Of a stretch of DNA of 64,000 nt, positions 42,801 to 52,165 are shown piece after piece. The notes under the pieces were generated by a model, which was given only the letters and a program-made list of their open reading frames with translations, was not told where the DNA came from and searched no databases. Location: contig CAVPBK010000006.1 in assembly GCA_963701855.1 (NCBI GenBank), positions 128,001 through 192,000 on the forward strand. Reading direction: 5' to 3'. The stretch comes from Nitrospirota bacterium (GTDB taxonomy: Bacteria; Nitrospirota; Nitrospiria; Nitrospirales; Nitrospiraceae). A program made the position numbers and the translations under genes. How positions within the stretch are numbered: the first letter of the stretch is position 1; every line of letters starts with the position of its first letter.

Positions 42801-44282
42801 CTACCTGGCGGCCAGATGATGAGAAAACCGCGTGGCGCCGGCCTCATCGAGGACCGTCACATCGAACGAGGATTTCGTGACTCGAACTAGACCAAAATTC
42901 ATGTACCCGCCTTCATTGATCAATGTGGTCGGGTGCAACTCCACATTAGCCGGCGTCAATCGGTCGGATGCGGCGGACAATGGACCAGCCACAAACTCAT
43001 GGAAGTCAGAAATCCCGTCACCATTCGGATCGTACGCGTTTGCCTGCACATGGTGAACGTCGCCGGCCAGGAACACCACGTTCTTCATCCTCCGACCGAG
43101 AATATGGTCCACAAGGACCTGTCGCTCCCATTCAAACCCCGGATAGCCAGGCCCTCCAGCCCACCCGTCGTTCCCGGGAACGCTTGCGCTTCCTCCCTTC
43201 GAAATGGACAGCGGCACACTCGTCACAATCACTTTCCACGTCGCGGTTGACTCGGCAAGCCCGCTCAGCAACCATTGAAGCTGCTTCTCTCCCAACATTG
43301 TTTTCGCCGGGCCGTCCTGATCGACATTGCGGCTTCGATACTGCCGCGTATCGAGGATAAACACTTCGAGATCCGCCCCGGCACGCACCGTTCGATAGAG
43401 CCGATGGGGATCGTCAGCCGCCGCACGAATTGGCCAATACTCGCGTAACGACTGACGCCCAACTGGCATCCGGCTGTCGAAGGGCCCCGAAAAATCGTTC
43501 CGCACTTCATGGTCGTCCCAAATCGCATAGACTGGGGTGGTCTCCAAAAACCGGCGCAACGCCTCCGCACCCCGTTGATAGCGATGGCGTGCACGGTACT
43601 CAGCCAGGGTCGTCGCTAGAAAGTCGGCTCCGGGCTCGTTCGGAGGAGACGGACACAGGCTGTCGCTGTATATCGTATCGCCGAGAAACAAGAAGAAATC
43701 GAGCTGCTGGGCGCGCATCACATCGAAGATGGGGTATCCAGCAGCGCCACGCCTACAGCGCCCCTGGCCGCCCAGGTCGCCACTCCAGGCAAAGGTCACG
43801 GGCACATGACTTTTCGCATCCGGGAGCGTCATAAATTCTCCTCGTGCCGCCACTAGTGCTTCAGTCGATGTGCCTTCACGCCCCTTCGTGCCGACAGAGA
43901 CATACAATCGGTATCGTGTAGCCGGCGTTAACCCCTCAAGGGGAACTGCCAAGGTAAAGTCCGATTCCGAGCCGGTCATGAACAACGGCGACCGCGCCAC
44001 GGGAGCCACGGCTGTCCCCATCTTCGACGCGATATCCCAGGCTGCCACCGGCGCCCACTCCAATTGAACCATCATCGGTCCATCGGTCCGCAACCAGAGC
44101 AGCGCAGACTGGCTCGTCACGTCCCCTACCGCAATCCCCTGAGGCAGCAGATTTGTCGAAACAGCAGCCGTGTCGGCAAAGGGGCTCCCAGGGGGAAGCC
44201 CCTCTCGATATTTTGCCGCACAGCTCGAAAGGGAAACGAGTGTGGCCAAGAGTAGGAGAGGGATAGAAAGCGGACCCATCAT
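42801..44282 (-). CDS. phoD: alkaline phosphatase D family lipoprotein
   Basis: FLGDTIYSD, WDDHEVRND, LDTRQYR, GDVH. Confidence 0.92.
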   Translation of the reverse strand: MMGPLSIPLLLLATLVSLSSCAAKYREGLPPGSPFADTAAVSTNLLPQGIAVGDVTSQSALLWLRTDGPMMVQLEWAPVAAWDIASKMGTAVAPVARSPLFMTGSESDFTLAVPLEGLTPATRYRLYVSVGTKGREGTSTEALVAARGEFMTLPDAKSHVPVTFAWSGDLGGQGRCRRGAAGYPIFDVMRAQQLDFFLFLGDTIYSDSLCPSPPNEPGADFLATTLAEYRARHRYQRGAEALRRFLETTPVYAIWDDHEVRNDFSGPFDSRMPVGRQSLREYWPIRAAADDPHRLYRTVRAGADLEVFILDTRQYRSRNVDQDGPAKTMLGEKQLQWLLSGLAESTATWKVIVTSVPLSISKGGSASVPGNDGWAGGPGYPGFEWERQVLVDHILGRRMKNVVFLAGDVHHVQANAYDPNGDGISDFHEFVAGPLSAASDRLTPANVELHPTTLINEGGYMNFGLVRVTKSSFDVTVLDEAGATRFSHHLAAR

Positions 44283-44323
44283 GCCGTTGGACTTACCGGA
44301 ACAGGAGCGGCACGTCAAGGTTC

Positions 44324-44513
44324 GCCTGCATTATTCATGAGCGCTTCTGCTCAATCGCCGATCCGCTGCTACGACAAACCTTTGGCCGACGGGCTCGCCC
44401 CTCGGACCCTCATCGGACTCACGAGTACGCATCGGGGCCTCAGGGCTCCGCGCGCGGGTCTCGCGACGCGGCTCAGGGATTTCGCGACAAACCGTCATGA
44501 ATAATGCAGGCTA
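44324..44513. mobile_element. family A MITE-like element, reverse orientation
   Basis: gcctgcattattcatga ... tcatgaataatgcaggc. Confidence 0.8.
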
Positions 44514-44571
44514 GCCCGATTGATAATCAGCCCATCCGTCCGGCATACTGCCAATCTAAACGGAGTACGCG

Positions 44572-44811
44572 ATGCACGATCTGACCTGCATGATCAAAGG
44601 CTGCCAAGCAAGAGTCTATGCTCCAGCTGGCACGCATAGCATCTGCCGGGAACACTTCCTCAGCTATCTTACCTGGCGCCGCCGCAAAGGCCCGCAGATG
44701 TTCATGAAGTATGCCGGGATGACGATGGAAGAACGAGACCCCTACGTCGCCGAGTGGGCCAACACCATCCGAGTAGAAGAAGCCCCCACCGCCTCAGCAC
44801 CAAACACCTAA
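44572..44811 (+). CDS. small hypothetical protein with C-x4-C...C-x2-H
   Basis: RBS ggag; 79 aa; its 3' end recurs downstream. Confidence 0.7.
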   Translation: MHDLTCMIKGCQARVYAPAGTHSICREHFLSYLTWRRRKGPQMFMKYAGMTMEERDPYVAEWANTIRVEEAPTASAPNT

Positions 44812-44860
44812 CGTTCCACGCCCTCGCACAAGAAAATGGTTCCTGCCACCGTATTCCTAC
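44745..44860 (+). repeat. direct repeat of the 3' end of the 79-aa gene, copy 1
   Basis: Near-identical to 47327-47443, weaker to 46641-46717, partial at 46111-46145. Confidence 0.9.
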
Positions 44861-45086
44861 CCCCGAAGGTCTCTCGGCATACCTGATACACGTAGTCCCG
44901 CGAGGCCCCCGAAGAACTATGCCGGTCATGGGAAGTGCGGACGGGGCGCTTGCCGATCATGATCGACGGTGCGGACGTTCCTCAGTTGACACGTTTCTTT
45001 CTCCAAAGTAGCCTACCCCATATCCTGGCGAGCTCCATATATAAGGCCACACGATCTAATGGAGTGTTGGAGAAAGGAGAGAAATA

Positions 45087-45407
45087 ATGAATAGATTGGG
45101 GTGGATGTCCTCCATCATCGTGGTAATGATGCTACTTCTGGCCGGATGCTTTTTGTCTGTGGAACAGCGCTGGGAAAAGATTGACGAGCAGATGCAGCAG
45201 GAGATCGGTGTGAAGACCAAAGACTACTATGTCAGTGAATGGGGAAACCCGGCGAAGCGAGTCAAAGCGGCGGACGGCGGATCGATCTGGACGTGGGAAT
45301 TCCGGGCGTATGGCGGCAGGGAGGGCTGGAATAAGATTCTCATCTTTACGCCTGATGGGGTGTTGAAGGAATTTCGTCGGGAATACTGGCCTAAGGAATA
45401 TCAGTGA
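45087..45407 (+). CDS. small lipoprotein (BamE/SmpA-like pattern)
   Basis: Lipobox LAGC; IG.TK....WG.P....IWTWE...F..DG.L. Confidence 0.7.
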   Translation: MNRLGWMSSIIVVMMLLLAGCFLSVEQRWEKIDEQMQQEIGVKTKDYYVSEWGNPAKRVKAADGGSIWTWEFRAYGGREGWNKILIFTPDGVLKEFRREYWPKEYQ

Positions 45408-45585
45408 CTCGGGGAAGACATCGGGGTGGTAGTCAGGACTCGCATCCTACATTGTACGGCGCGTGGCGGACCGGTTCCTTCTCCCCACTCTGACACAACG
45501 ATTGACCAGGCCAACCCTCAGCTTGAAGCGTTCCCTCACGACGGTTCAAAGTTAGAGTGTGCGCCAATATCGGATGAGAATAATT

Positions 45586-45888
45586 ATGGCGCGATTGTGG
45601 GTGTTAGTCTGTCTCAGTGTCTTAGTAATCAGCTGTCGCTCTTGGAGTATTCAGCATCTCGATGAGGACACGGGAAGAGCTACGCAAGATGAGATCAGGA
45701 AAAAGCTTGGACCGCCTCTGGAGGAGCGGACACTGAGCACCGGCGAGTCAATATGGCACTATCGAATCGAGAAATATAGCACCGTATCAAGGGCCACCCT
45801 TTGCAGTATCTACGATCTAACGTTTGACGCTCAGCGGGTGCTACAGCAATGGAAGAATGAGGATTGTCAAAGTGGAGAACAGAAATGA
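45586..45888 (+). CDS. small lipoprotein (BamE/SmpA-like pattern)
   Basis: Lipobox VISC; TQDEIRKKLGPP...WHY...LTFD..RVL. Confidence 0.65.
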   Translation: MARLWVLVCLSVLVISCRSWSIQHLDEDTGRATQDEIRKKLGPPLEERTLSTGESIWHYRIEKYSTVSRATLCSIYDLTFDAQRVLQQWKNEDCQSGEQK

Positions 45889-46213
45889 GAAGAAGAGCCC
45901 GGTCTAGCAATCCAACATTTCTCAGCGCGTGGCGTGATCGCTACCGCTTCCTATATTGTCACTCATGTAGTCAGGTGTCCAGGGGTGAAGAAGCAACAAT
46001 AGAGAATCCTGGGCATTGTACTTCTCAAGATTGGCTTGGGCTATCGTGATGTCCGGCAGGGAAAGGGAGGACGATTCAGAGGCAGTCGATTTAGTTTATT
46101 TCGTTCTCTGACAAGAATACGGTTCCTGCCACCGTATTCCTGCCCAGAAAAGTAGCCTGCCTCATTTTTCCCTCCCTTTTCCCCTCCTCGATTTTGATAT
46201 AATTCTTCGTAAC

Positions 46214-46612
46214 ATGGCATCTGATGCACCGACTTCACAGCCGTCCGCAAAAGACCGTCGCGCGTATTTTCGCGTCAACGCCGTCCTGCCCATCAGCATT
46301 CAGGCCGAGACGGACACAACAGAGGGTGTTCTCATAGAGAAGTCCGTCAACATTAGCGGCGGGGGTATTGGCGTTACCGTGAACGTTGTCTACAAACCCG
46401 ACGAGATCCTGTCGCTCACTCTGATCCTGCCCGATCAGGTCATCTTCAAAGCCTACGCCGAAGTTTTGCGGCTAGAGCCCATCCCGCATCACGTCGATAC
46501 CTACCGCCTACGCGCCCGCTTCGTCAGGATGACCACACAGAATCAGGAATTATTGATCAGACACATCCTACGTTTTCAACGCGGCCGCCTCGAAAAACAT
46601 TATTCTGCATAA
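46214..46612 (+). CDS. PilZ domain protein
   Basis: RRAYFR and NISGGG motifs. Confidence 0.85.
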   Translation: MASDAPTSQPSAKDRRAYFRVNAVLPISIQAETDTTEGVLIEKSVNISGGGIGVTVNVVYKPDEILSLTLILPDQVIFKAYAEVLRLEPIPHHVDTYRLRARFVRMTTQNQELLIRHILRFQRGRLEKHYSA

Positions 46613-46640
46613 TACGTGCACTGCCCGCTGGCATTCAGAC

Positions 46641-46717
46641 TGGGCCAGCACCATCCGCGTAGAAGAAGCCTCAACCACCGCAGCACCGAAATCCTAATGT
46701 CCCACGCCGTCACACAG
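46641..46717 (+). repeat. 3'-end repeat, copy 2 (diverged)
   Basis: tgggccagcaccatccgcgtagaagaagcc...cctaatgtcccacgcc. Confidence 0.75.
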
Positions 46718-46835
46718 ACACTTCCTGCGCTTATAGGGCCACCCCACAAGCCAAAGCAAACTGGTCGGCACTCCTCCACCATGCTACAATGCCGACACAA
46801 AAACCAGTGCCCCTCTTCTGAAGATGGAGCCGACT

Positions 46836-47066
46836 ATGGCAACAGATACAAGAACGACGGTCTATCTGAAGCGAAAAGTGTACCGAGCTCTGAAAGCCAA
46901 AGCAGCTTCGACAGATCGAACCGTCTCAGACCTCATCAATGCCGCGGTGCTGGAAGCAATGCGGGAAGATGAGATAGATCGAGCCGCTGTCGCCGCACGA
47001 CGCAAAGAGCCCTCACGTCCGTTTGAGAAGGTGATCGAGGACTTGAAGCGTGACAGGCGCATATAG
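46836..47066 (+). CDS. CopG/RHH antitoxin
   Basis: RTTVYL...ALK.KAA....VSDLIN.A; overlaps a relE-like start. Confidence 0.8.
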   Translation: MATDTRTTVYLKRKVYRALKAKAASTDRTVSDLINAAVLEAMREDEIDRAAVAARRKEPSRPFEKVIEDLKRDRRI

Positions 47067-47309
47067 ACTCCTCCTTAAGAAATCCGCAGAACGTGAGCTG
47101 CGGAAAATCCCCAAAGCAGATCTTCAACGAATTACCGAACGGATCAACGAACTTGCGGCAGCCCCACGGCCTCCAGTAGCGAGAAACTGACAGGGCAGGA
47201 CTCATATCGCATCCGACAAGGCGATTATCGCGTCGTCTATACCGATAAACAATGACGAGCAACTATTGAGATCATCAAGATAGGGCACCACAGAGAAGTC
47301 TATCGCTGA
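47050..47309 (+). pseudogene. RelE/StbE family toxin, frameshifted
   Basis: YRLLLKKSAERELRKIP...PRP / SEKLTGQDSYRIRQGDYRVVY / IIKIGHHREVYR split by frameshifts. Confidence 0.85.
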
Positions 47310-47326
47310 CGCAAGCCCGACTGCTT

Positions 47327-47443
47327 CGTCGCCGAGTGGGCCAACACCATCCGAGTAGAAGAAACCCCCACCACCGCAGCACCAATACCTAACGTTCCAC
47401 GCCATCACACAAGAAAACGGTTCCTGCCACCGTATTCCTGCCC
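47327..47443 (+). repeat. 3'-end repeat, copy 3
   Basis: Aligns with 44745-44860 with few substitutions and one indel. Confidence 0.9.
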
Positions 47444-47490
47444 GGGTCTGCTTCACAGCCGAATCATGTCACAACTGAAGGACTGGCAAT

Positions 47491-47548
47491 GCCTAACGAC
47501 TGGGTTCAGTGACGCACGGAGGCCGTCGACTAGAACTATGGGTTAGGC
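47491..47548 (-). mobile_element. integron attC site
   Basis: Minus strand GCCTAAC-ccata-GTTCtAGTcGACG-loop-CGTCACTGAAC-ccagtc-GTTAGGC: R''/R' boxes, 5 and 6 nt spacers, two extrahelical bases; the gene stop TAA lies in R''. Confidence 0.85.
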
Positions 47549-48517
47549 ATCGACATATATCTCTGCCCGTCGTCGCGGGTTCACAGCGCACTTGACGCCT
47601 ACTTCATAGGCAGGCTGATTAGCTACCACTCGGTCGACGCTAACACCCATGACCTGCAAAGATACTATTGGCTGCGACATACAATAATTCGAGCCGAGCA
47701 AATGAACATGCATCCCAAGTTGTACTTCGGTACCGTTATCCAGCTGGGCAATGAAAGCACCTGCGCTGGCGAACGTTTTCGTCACCAGTCCAATTCGCTT
47801 TGTCTTACCAGCCTTTATGCGTTGCATCAGCAGATTCTTGGAAAAGTATGCTGCAAGCGCCCTAACAATTGCCTGTATGAGCGCGCAGTACCTCGCAAGA
47901 TTATCTTTACCTTCAAGTGTTTCCAGCACGCCGTGTGCGGCTTCATTGCGAAGCTGAACAAAGGCCCGGAGCTCGGCATCAAGCTGTTCAACAATTGCGG
48001 CCTGCTCTTGGTATAGAGCAATTATCTCTTCACTGCAGTTGAGCCAACCGCGCAGCTCCTTGAGGTTCACGCGTGAAACGAGCTTTTCAACAACGCTTAG
48101 TCGGAGATTGTGATCGTGGCGCGTGAGCGCTTCAGTAATGAATCTATATTTGTCAATACTCGTCAACGCCTCGTGATACCAAAGAATGACATTCTCGTGA
48201 GCCAGATGGCTATAACGTTCTTCGTCGAGCTTGCTGAGGACATGAGAGACCCCAACTCTATATTCCTTCTTTAGGCTATCAGAAAGATCAGAATAAGGAA
48301 TGAGCTCAGGAATCGAATCCAGGAAGTCAGAAATAATGGACTCGACAAAGCGCTCGTAAATAGCATAAAGCCGAGTCACACAGGAGGTTACCGCATAAAC
48401 TTTAATGGCACTTCGACGCTCAGTTGGCTGGGCGCGAATGAAGTCATCATGCGTTGTAATGAGAGTCTCGACCACATGAATCTGATCTATAGCATTCGCC
48501 TCCAGGCCTCCAAACAT
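47543..48517 (-). CDS. HEPN-domain putative RNase (MAE_28990-like) with C-terminal beta-barrel
   Basis: LYAIYERFVE and RNEAAHG (RxxxxH); coupled to a DUF262 gene. Confidence 0.8.
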   Translation of the reverse strand: MFGGLEANAIDQIHVVETLITTHDDFIRAQPTERRSAIKVYAVTSCVTRLYAIYERFVESIISDFLDSIPELIPYSDLSDSLKKEYRVGVSHVLSKLDEERYSHLAHENVILWYHEALTSIDKYRFITEALTRHDHNLRLSVVEKLVSRVNLKELRGWLNCSEEIIALYQEQAAIVEQLDAELRAFVQLRNEAAHGVLETLEGKDNLARYCALIQAIVRALAAYFSKNLLMQRIKAGKTKRIGLVTKTFASAGAFIAQLDNGTEVQLGMHVHLLGSNYCMSQPIVSLQVMGVSVDRVVANQPAYEVGVKCAVNPRRRAEIYVDA

Positions 48518-48520
48518 GGC

Positions 48521-49702
48521 TCACGCCTCAAGGGCCGTACGGAACAGCGTTCGGAATAAGCCGATGCGGTTCTCGAGATCCTTCTTGGTGCTGGCGCGTC
48601 CAGTTATTGCAGAGACCCCTTCGCGCACAATAAGCTCTATCGTCTTTGCCACGATGGTGTCGCGGCGCTCGATCAATCTCGGAAAATCTGGGACGAACTC
48701 CGACAACGGCACCATGATGGCGTCATACATGCCCTTTGATGCCTTCCCAGACCATTCGCCGTTCTCGTGGACTTTGAAGACGTGTTTTCCAAAGATGGAA
48801 TGCGCACAGGCAAGAGTTGATTCAAAGAGGGTGGTGAAAAATGCGATGTCTTCGTCGTTAAAGGCCTTACTGCGAATCATGTACAAATCAAGGAATCCTT
48901 GGATTCCGTACTTGTAGTGATCCATATGTCGGAGCGCAAAGAATCGGAGGACAACTTCGATATCCTCCATAGTCTTAAAGAATGCCGCCTTAAATATCGG
49001 CCGCTTGTGATTGGTCAGTTCTTCCGGATCAAAATGCGGCAGACCCCATATGTCACGAAAAAGGTCGCCTCGCGCCAGCTCGTAGAGCATTTTGTTGAAC
49101 GGACCATGACTTAATGAGTTTCTGATTTCTTGGCGCTCAAGCTTGACGCCACCCGTGTTTAATCGTTCAAACACAAGTTGGCGTAAGAAAACGGCATCCT
49201 CCTCGTCGGGAGCGGACTCCTTCAGGAGAACGATTGAAGAGATTGAGCGGCGATCAAGTCCGGCTCGGATTTTATTCGGAAGTTCTAAATATGTCAGGCC
49301 GTTAAGCTCTGGCCAGAGATCGAGCCCTTTCAGAGCGAATCGATTCTTGTAGAAATCCGCAATCGCGGTTATCCGCTGTTGCCCATCCATTACTTCGTAT
49401 GAATTGAAGGCGCGCTCATACAAGAATATGGGAGGAACTGGGATGTTTATGATGAAGGACTCGATCAACTTTGACTGTCGTTCTTCGTCCCAACGTGAGC
49501 GACGTTGATAGAAGGGGCGGACCTCCATGTACTCGGCGCGGCCCAAGGCTTCCACGAAGTTTGGAAGCTTTTCCCGATTCATTTCAGTAACGATTCGCTG
49601 TTCGCCGCGTTCGTATTTTTCATTAATCTCAGATGCAGTTGATGAACCCTTTCGGTCTTTGGGCGGAATGGCCCACATACCCCGTTCAGTCTTTGAGTAC
49701 AT
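48521..49702 (-). CDS. DUF262 (ParB/Srx-like, GmrS-like) protein
   Basis: YQRRSRW, LIESFIINIPVPPIF, DGQQR, FERLNTGGVKL. Confidence 0.9.
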   Translation of the reverse strand: MYSKTERGMWAIPPKDRKGSSTASEINEKYERGEQRIVTEMNREKLPNFVEALGRAEYMEVRPFYQRRSRWDEERQSKLIESFIINIPVPPIFLYERAFNSYEVMDGQQRITAIADFYKNRFALKGLDLWPELNGLTYLELPNKIRAGLDRRSISSIVLLKESAPDEEDAVFLRQLVFERLNTGGVKLERQEIRNSLSHGPFNKMLYELARGDLFRDIWGLPHFDPEELTNHKRPIFKAAFFKTMEDIEVVLRFFALRHMDHYKYGIQGFLDLYMIRSKAFNDEDIAFFTTLFESTLACAHSIFGKHVFKVHENGEWSGKASKGMYDAIMVPLSEFVPDFPRLIERRDTIVAKTIELIVREGVSAITGRASTKKDLENRIGLFRTLFRTALEA

Positions 49703-49951
49703 GTTGTCCCTACGCCTCGGTTTCTATTTCAGAGGGGTACCGCAATGTGGCTTTGCCGATGGCTACCAGTAAGTCTGCTTCATGCCGACGTGCAGCAGAG
49801 CACGTCGGCATGAAAACTCTGATGGAAGACAAGTCTACTTGAAAATCCAATCCTTCTTCAATGCAGCGCCCTGTTCCACTGGCCTGACAGACTACTAATC
49901 CTATAGTCTATCCAGCATCAACCCCAAGCATATCTGGCCAACGAGTCACAG

Positions 49952-50100
49952 TCAGAGGCGGTCTGCGAGGCTGCCCACTCCATGTCCGCCTCGATTGAAG
50001 ACATGTGTATAGATCATCGTCTACTGACGTACTGATGCTCAAGCAGCTCCTGAATCGTCCGAATATCATGCCGGTCTTCGAGCAAATAGGTGGCGAAGGG
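49952..50100 (-). pseudogene. intI: integron integrase 3' remnant
   Basis: PFATYLLEDRHDIRTIQELLEHQYVS/TMIYTHVFNRGGHGVGSLADRL* matches the IntI C-terminus HSFATHLLE.GYDIRTIQELLGH.DV.TTMIYTHVLNRGG.GV.SP; frameshifted. Confidence 0.88.
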
Positions 50101-50113
50101 AGCAAACAGGGGG

Positions 50114-50347
50114 TCATTGATTCAGGCGGGCACGGACATTCTCAAAGACACCTTTGCCGGACACCGGCTTCACTTTTCCCTCGCGGACTTCGCGATGGCG
50201 TCTTTGCGCTTCAAGTCGCCATGCACTCTCGACGTCAACGTCAGCAGGACCATCGAGTTGAACTATCAGAGCCCGCAGCAACTCGGTCTTATCTTCGAAG
50301 CTCAGAGACCGAATCCTTGCTTCAATCTCAGCGACATCGGTTGACAC
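50114..50347 (-). CDS. addiction-module antitoxin (TIGR02574-like)
   Basis: LS.EDK.EL...L...LD......ESAW..EAQRR..E...GKVKPV. Confidence 0.8.
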   Translation of the reverse strand: MSTDVAEIEARIRSLSFEDKTELLRALIVQLDGPADVDVESAWRLEAQRRHREVREGKVKPVSGKGVFENVRARLNQ

Positions 50348-50412
50348 AGTGACCTCCGTGCTGCCGACTACAAGACGCGAAGGCGGGGTCATGCCTCCTT
50401 TTAAACTTTCCC

Positions 50413-50847
50413 TCAAAGATGCTGAATATCGACATCTCCCCATTTCCCCCGCAAATACTCCGCAACAAGCCGACGGTGACAATGGTGGGGAGTCGGCTCG
50501 CTGCAAAGTAAGCACGCACCGGCGACGAGATCCTTATCGATGGATGTTTCTATTCGGCGCTCCGCCATCAATGCAAAAAACTGCTTCTCGTAGGTTTCCC
50601 AGTCGCCACCGTTCTTCTTATATGCGTCCAGCATTGCTTGAGTTGGCGCTAATGCTGGCAGATGGACGTAGTCAATGTGGCCAACTTCGCGCAGGAAGAA
50701 CCTAAGGTCATCCTTCTTCGTGAACCCTGCCAACTGGGAAATATTGTTTAGCCTCGTGTCCACCACACGCTGAAGGCCGGGCTGTTTTAGGCGGGCAAAG
50801 AACTGCTCTGCATTTTTCTTTGTGAAACCAATGGTAAAAACCTTCAT
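50413..50847 (-). CDS. DUF488 family protein
   Basis: FTIGF, VDTR, LLCSE..HHCHRRLVAE. Confidence 0.88.
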   Translation of the reverse strand: MKVFTIGFTKKNAEQFFARLKQPGLQRVVDTRLNNISQLAGFTKKDDLRFFLREVGHIDYVHLPALAPTQAMLDAYKKNGGDWETYEKQFFALMAERRIETSIDKDLVAGACLLCSEPTPHHCHRRLVAEYLRGKWGDVDIQHL

Positions 50848-51449
50848 GAAGCGGATGCTCTCTCAAGCTGCTTCATATTTTCGTCCTGATACGCGACTCG
50901 CTCGCCTTGGATCGCATACGCTTCCGAAACGAATTCGTCCCGCTGTTTAAACATGTCTCCTTCCGGCAGCTTGCACACGCCAAGAAGACGAGATTCCAGC
51001 GTTCTGTGATCTTCAAGTGAGCCATCAGCATGAATATGGGTTACTTCAAGACCTGTCTCATGAAGTTTGCGTGCGACTAGCAAAGTTCTATGGCATTCCA
51101 GCGGGTCCTTTTCTGCACACATTAGAGCGATGCAATACCGCTGCATTCCCTCAATGACGTGCCTTACTCCCTCAGCGAATTGGGGCTGCCTAGCCAAACA
51201 GTCGTATTGAACCTTGCCTTGTCTATAACAGGCCGGGTCTTCACTCCTGGCACCTAGCTCTTTACCGAGAAAAACGTATGCAATACCCGCCTGCGTCAAA
51301 GCAGCCTGTAGCGGTTCGCGAGAGTATTGCGGGACATAGCGGCTGTAAGGATGCGACCGCACGTCGCCAACGGCAGTGATGCCATGTCGATGAAGAAGCG
51401 CGATGAAGGCTTCTATTGGGTGATTTGAATGGCCAATAGTAAAAATCAT
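50844..51449 (-). CDS. DUF488 family protein
   Basis: FTIGHSN, DVRSHPYS, ELGAR, LMCAEKDPLECHR. Confidence 0.9.
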   Translation of the reverse strand: MIFTIGHSNHPIEAFIALLHRHGITAVGDVRSHPYSRYVPQYSREPLQAALTQAGIAYVFLGKELGARSEDPACYRQGKVQYDCLARQPQFAEGVRHVIEGMQRYCIALMCAEKDPLECHRTLLVARKLHETGLEVTHIHADGSLEDHRTLESRLLGVCKLPEGDMFKQRDEFVSEAYAIQGERVAYQDENMKQLERASAS

Positions 51450-51460
51450 CTGATTCACTG

Positions 51461-52138
51461 CTACCGTTCTGCGTGCAAGATTCCCGCGACAAGCTTGTAA
51501 AAGTAGCCTTGATATGAGTCCCCAAGACTGACGCATAGGACAGGCTTGGCGATGTCATAGTGACCATCGGCCTGTCCGAGATATTTTCGCTCTATTGTCG
51601 GATCGGTTACATCCATGCGATACATCGAACCTTGGTAGCTGAACTCGCCCCTCACAGCCCGCTTGGAATCAGGATACTCCGGAGCTTTACGACCGACTAG
51701 CAGCCGAAGACGAGCGACCGAGATGAGGTAGAGTGATGAGCCGTTTTCGCTCCCAATGGCCACACGGTTGTTGAGGCCAGCGTAGCTACCTTCTCCGGTG
51801 CCCCAGAGCGTATCCGGTTGGTCGAGCCATCCAGAAATGTCTTTCCATGCCAGGGTTCCCTGCGGAGCCCAGTAGTATCCGGGGTCAATTACATGGTTTT
51901 CGCGTTGATGCGGCAAGGGTTGATGGCTTTCGCAGGGGACAAAGACGATGTCGAGCAGCTGCGGGTCTCGTCCATCCTCGTATCGCCTTTCTTCCTCTGA
52001 GATTTCATGTGTAGGGCGCGTGCTTACTGGGCGCACCCATTCTCCTGCAGTGCCATCATGCCACTCCTTTCCAGCGATGCACCGCCCAGAGGTCTTGCGA
52101 GAATTTGCGAAGCAGACAATGGTCTTGCCGTACTTCAT
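51461..52138 (-). CDS. dual OB-fold-like domain protein
   Basis: CFANSRK..GRCIAG...WVRPV, HQRENH, VTDP, CVSLG..Y...YKLVAG; family recalled, not computed. Confidence 0.7.
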   Translation of the reverse strand: MKYGKTIVCFANSRKTSGRCIAGKEWHDGTAGEWVRPVSTRPTHEISEEERRYEDGRDPQLLDIVFVPCESHQPLPHQRENHVIDPGYYWAPQGTLAWKDISGWLDQPDTLWGTGEGSYAGLNNRVAIGSENGSSLYLISVARLRLLVGRKAPEYPDSKRAVRGEFSYQGSMYRMDVTDPTIERKYLGQADGHYDIAKPVLCVSLGDSYQGYFYKLVAGILHAER

Positions 52139-52165
52139 GAGCGCTCCACACTCGCCTTTGAAAAA

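Noticed and set aside
44806..44850. ACCTAAC at the small-gene stop as an attC R'' box
   Set aside because: No complementary L boxes or matching GTTRRRY follow
44745..47443. DGR template/variable repeat pair
   Set aside because: Several differences fall on adenines of copy 3, but non-A substitutions and an indel also occur, and no reverse transcriptase is in the window
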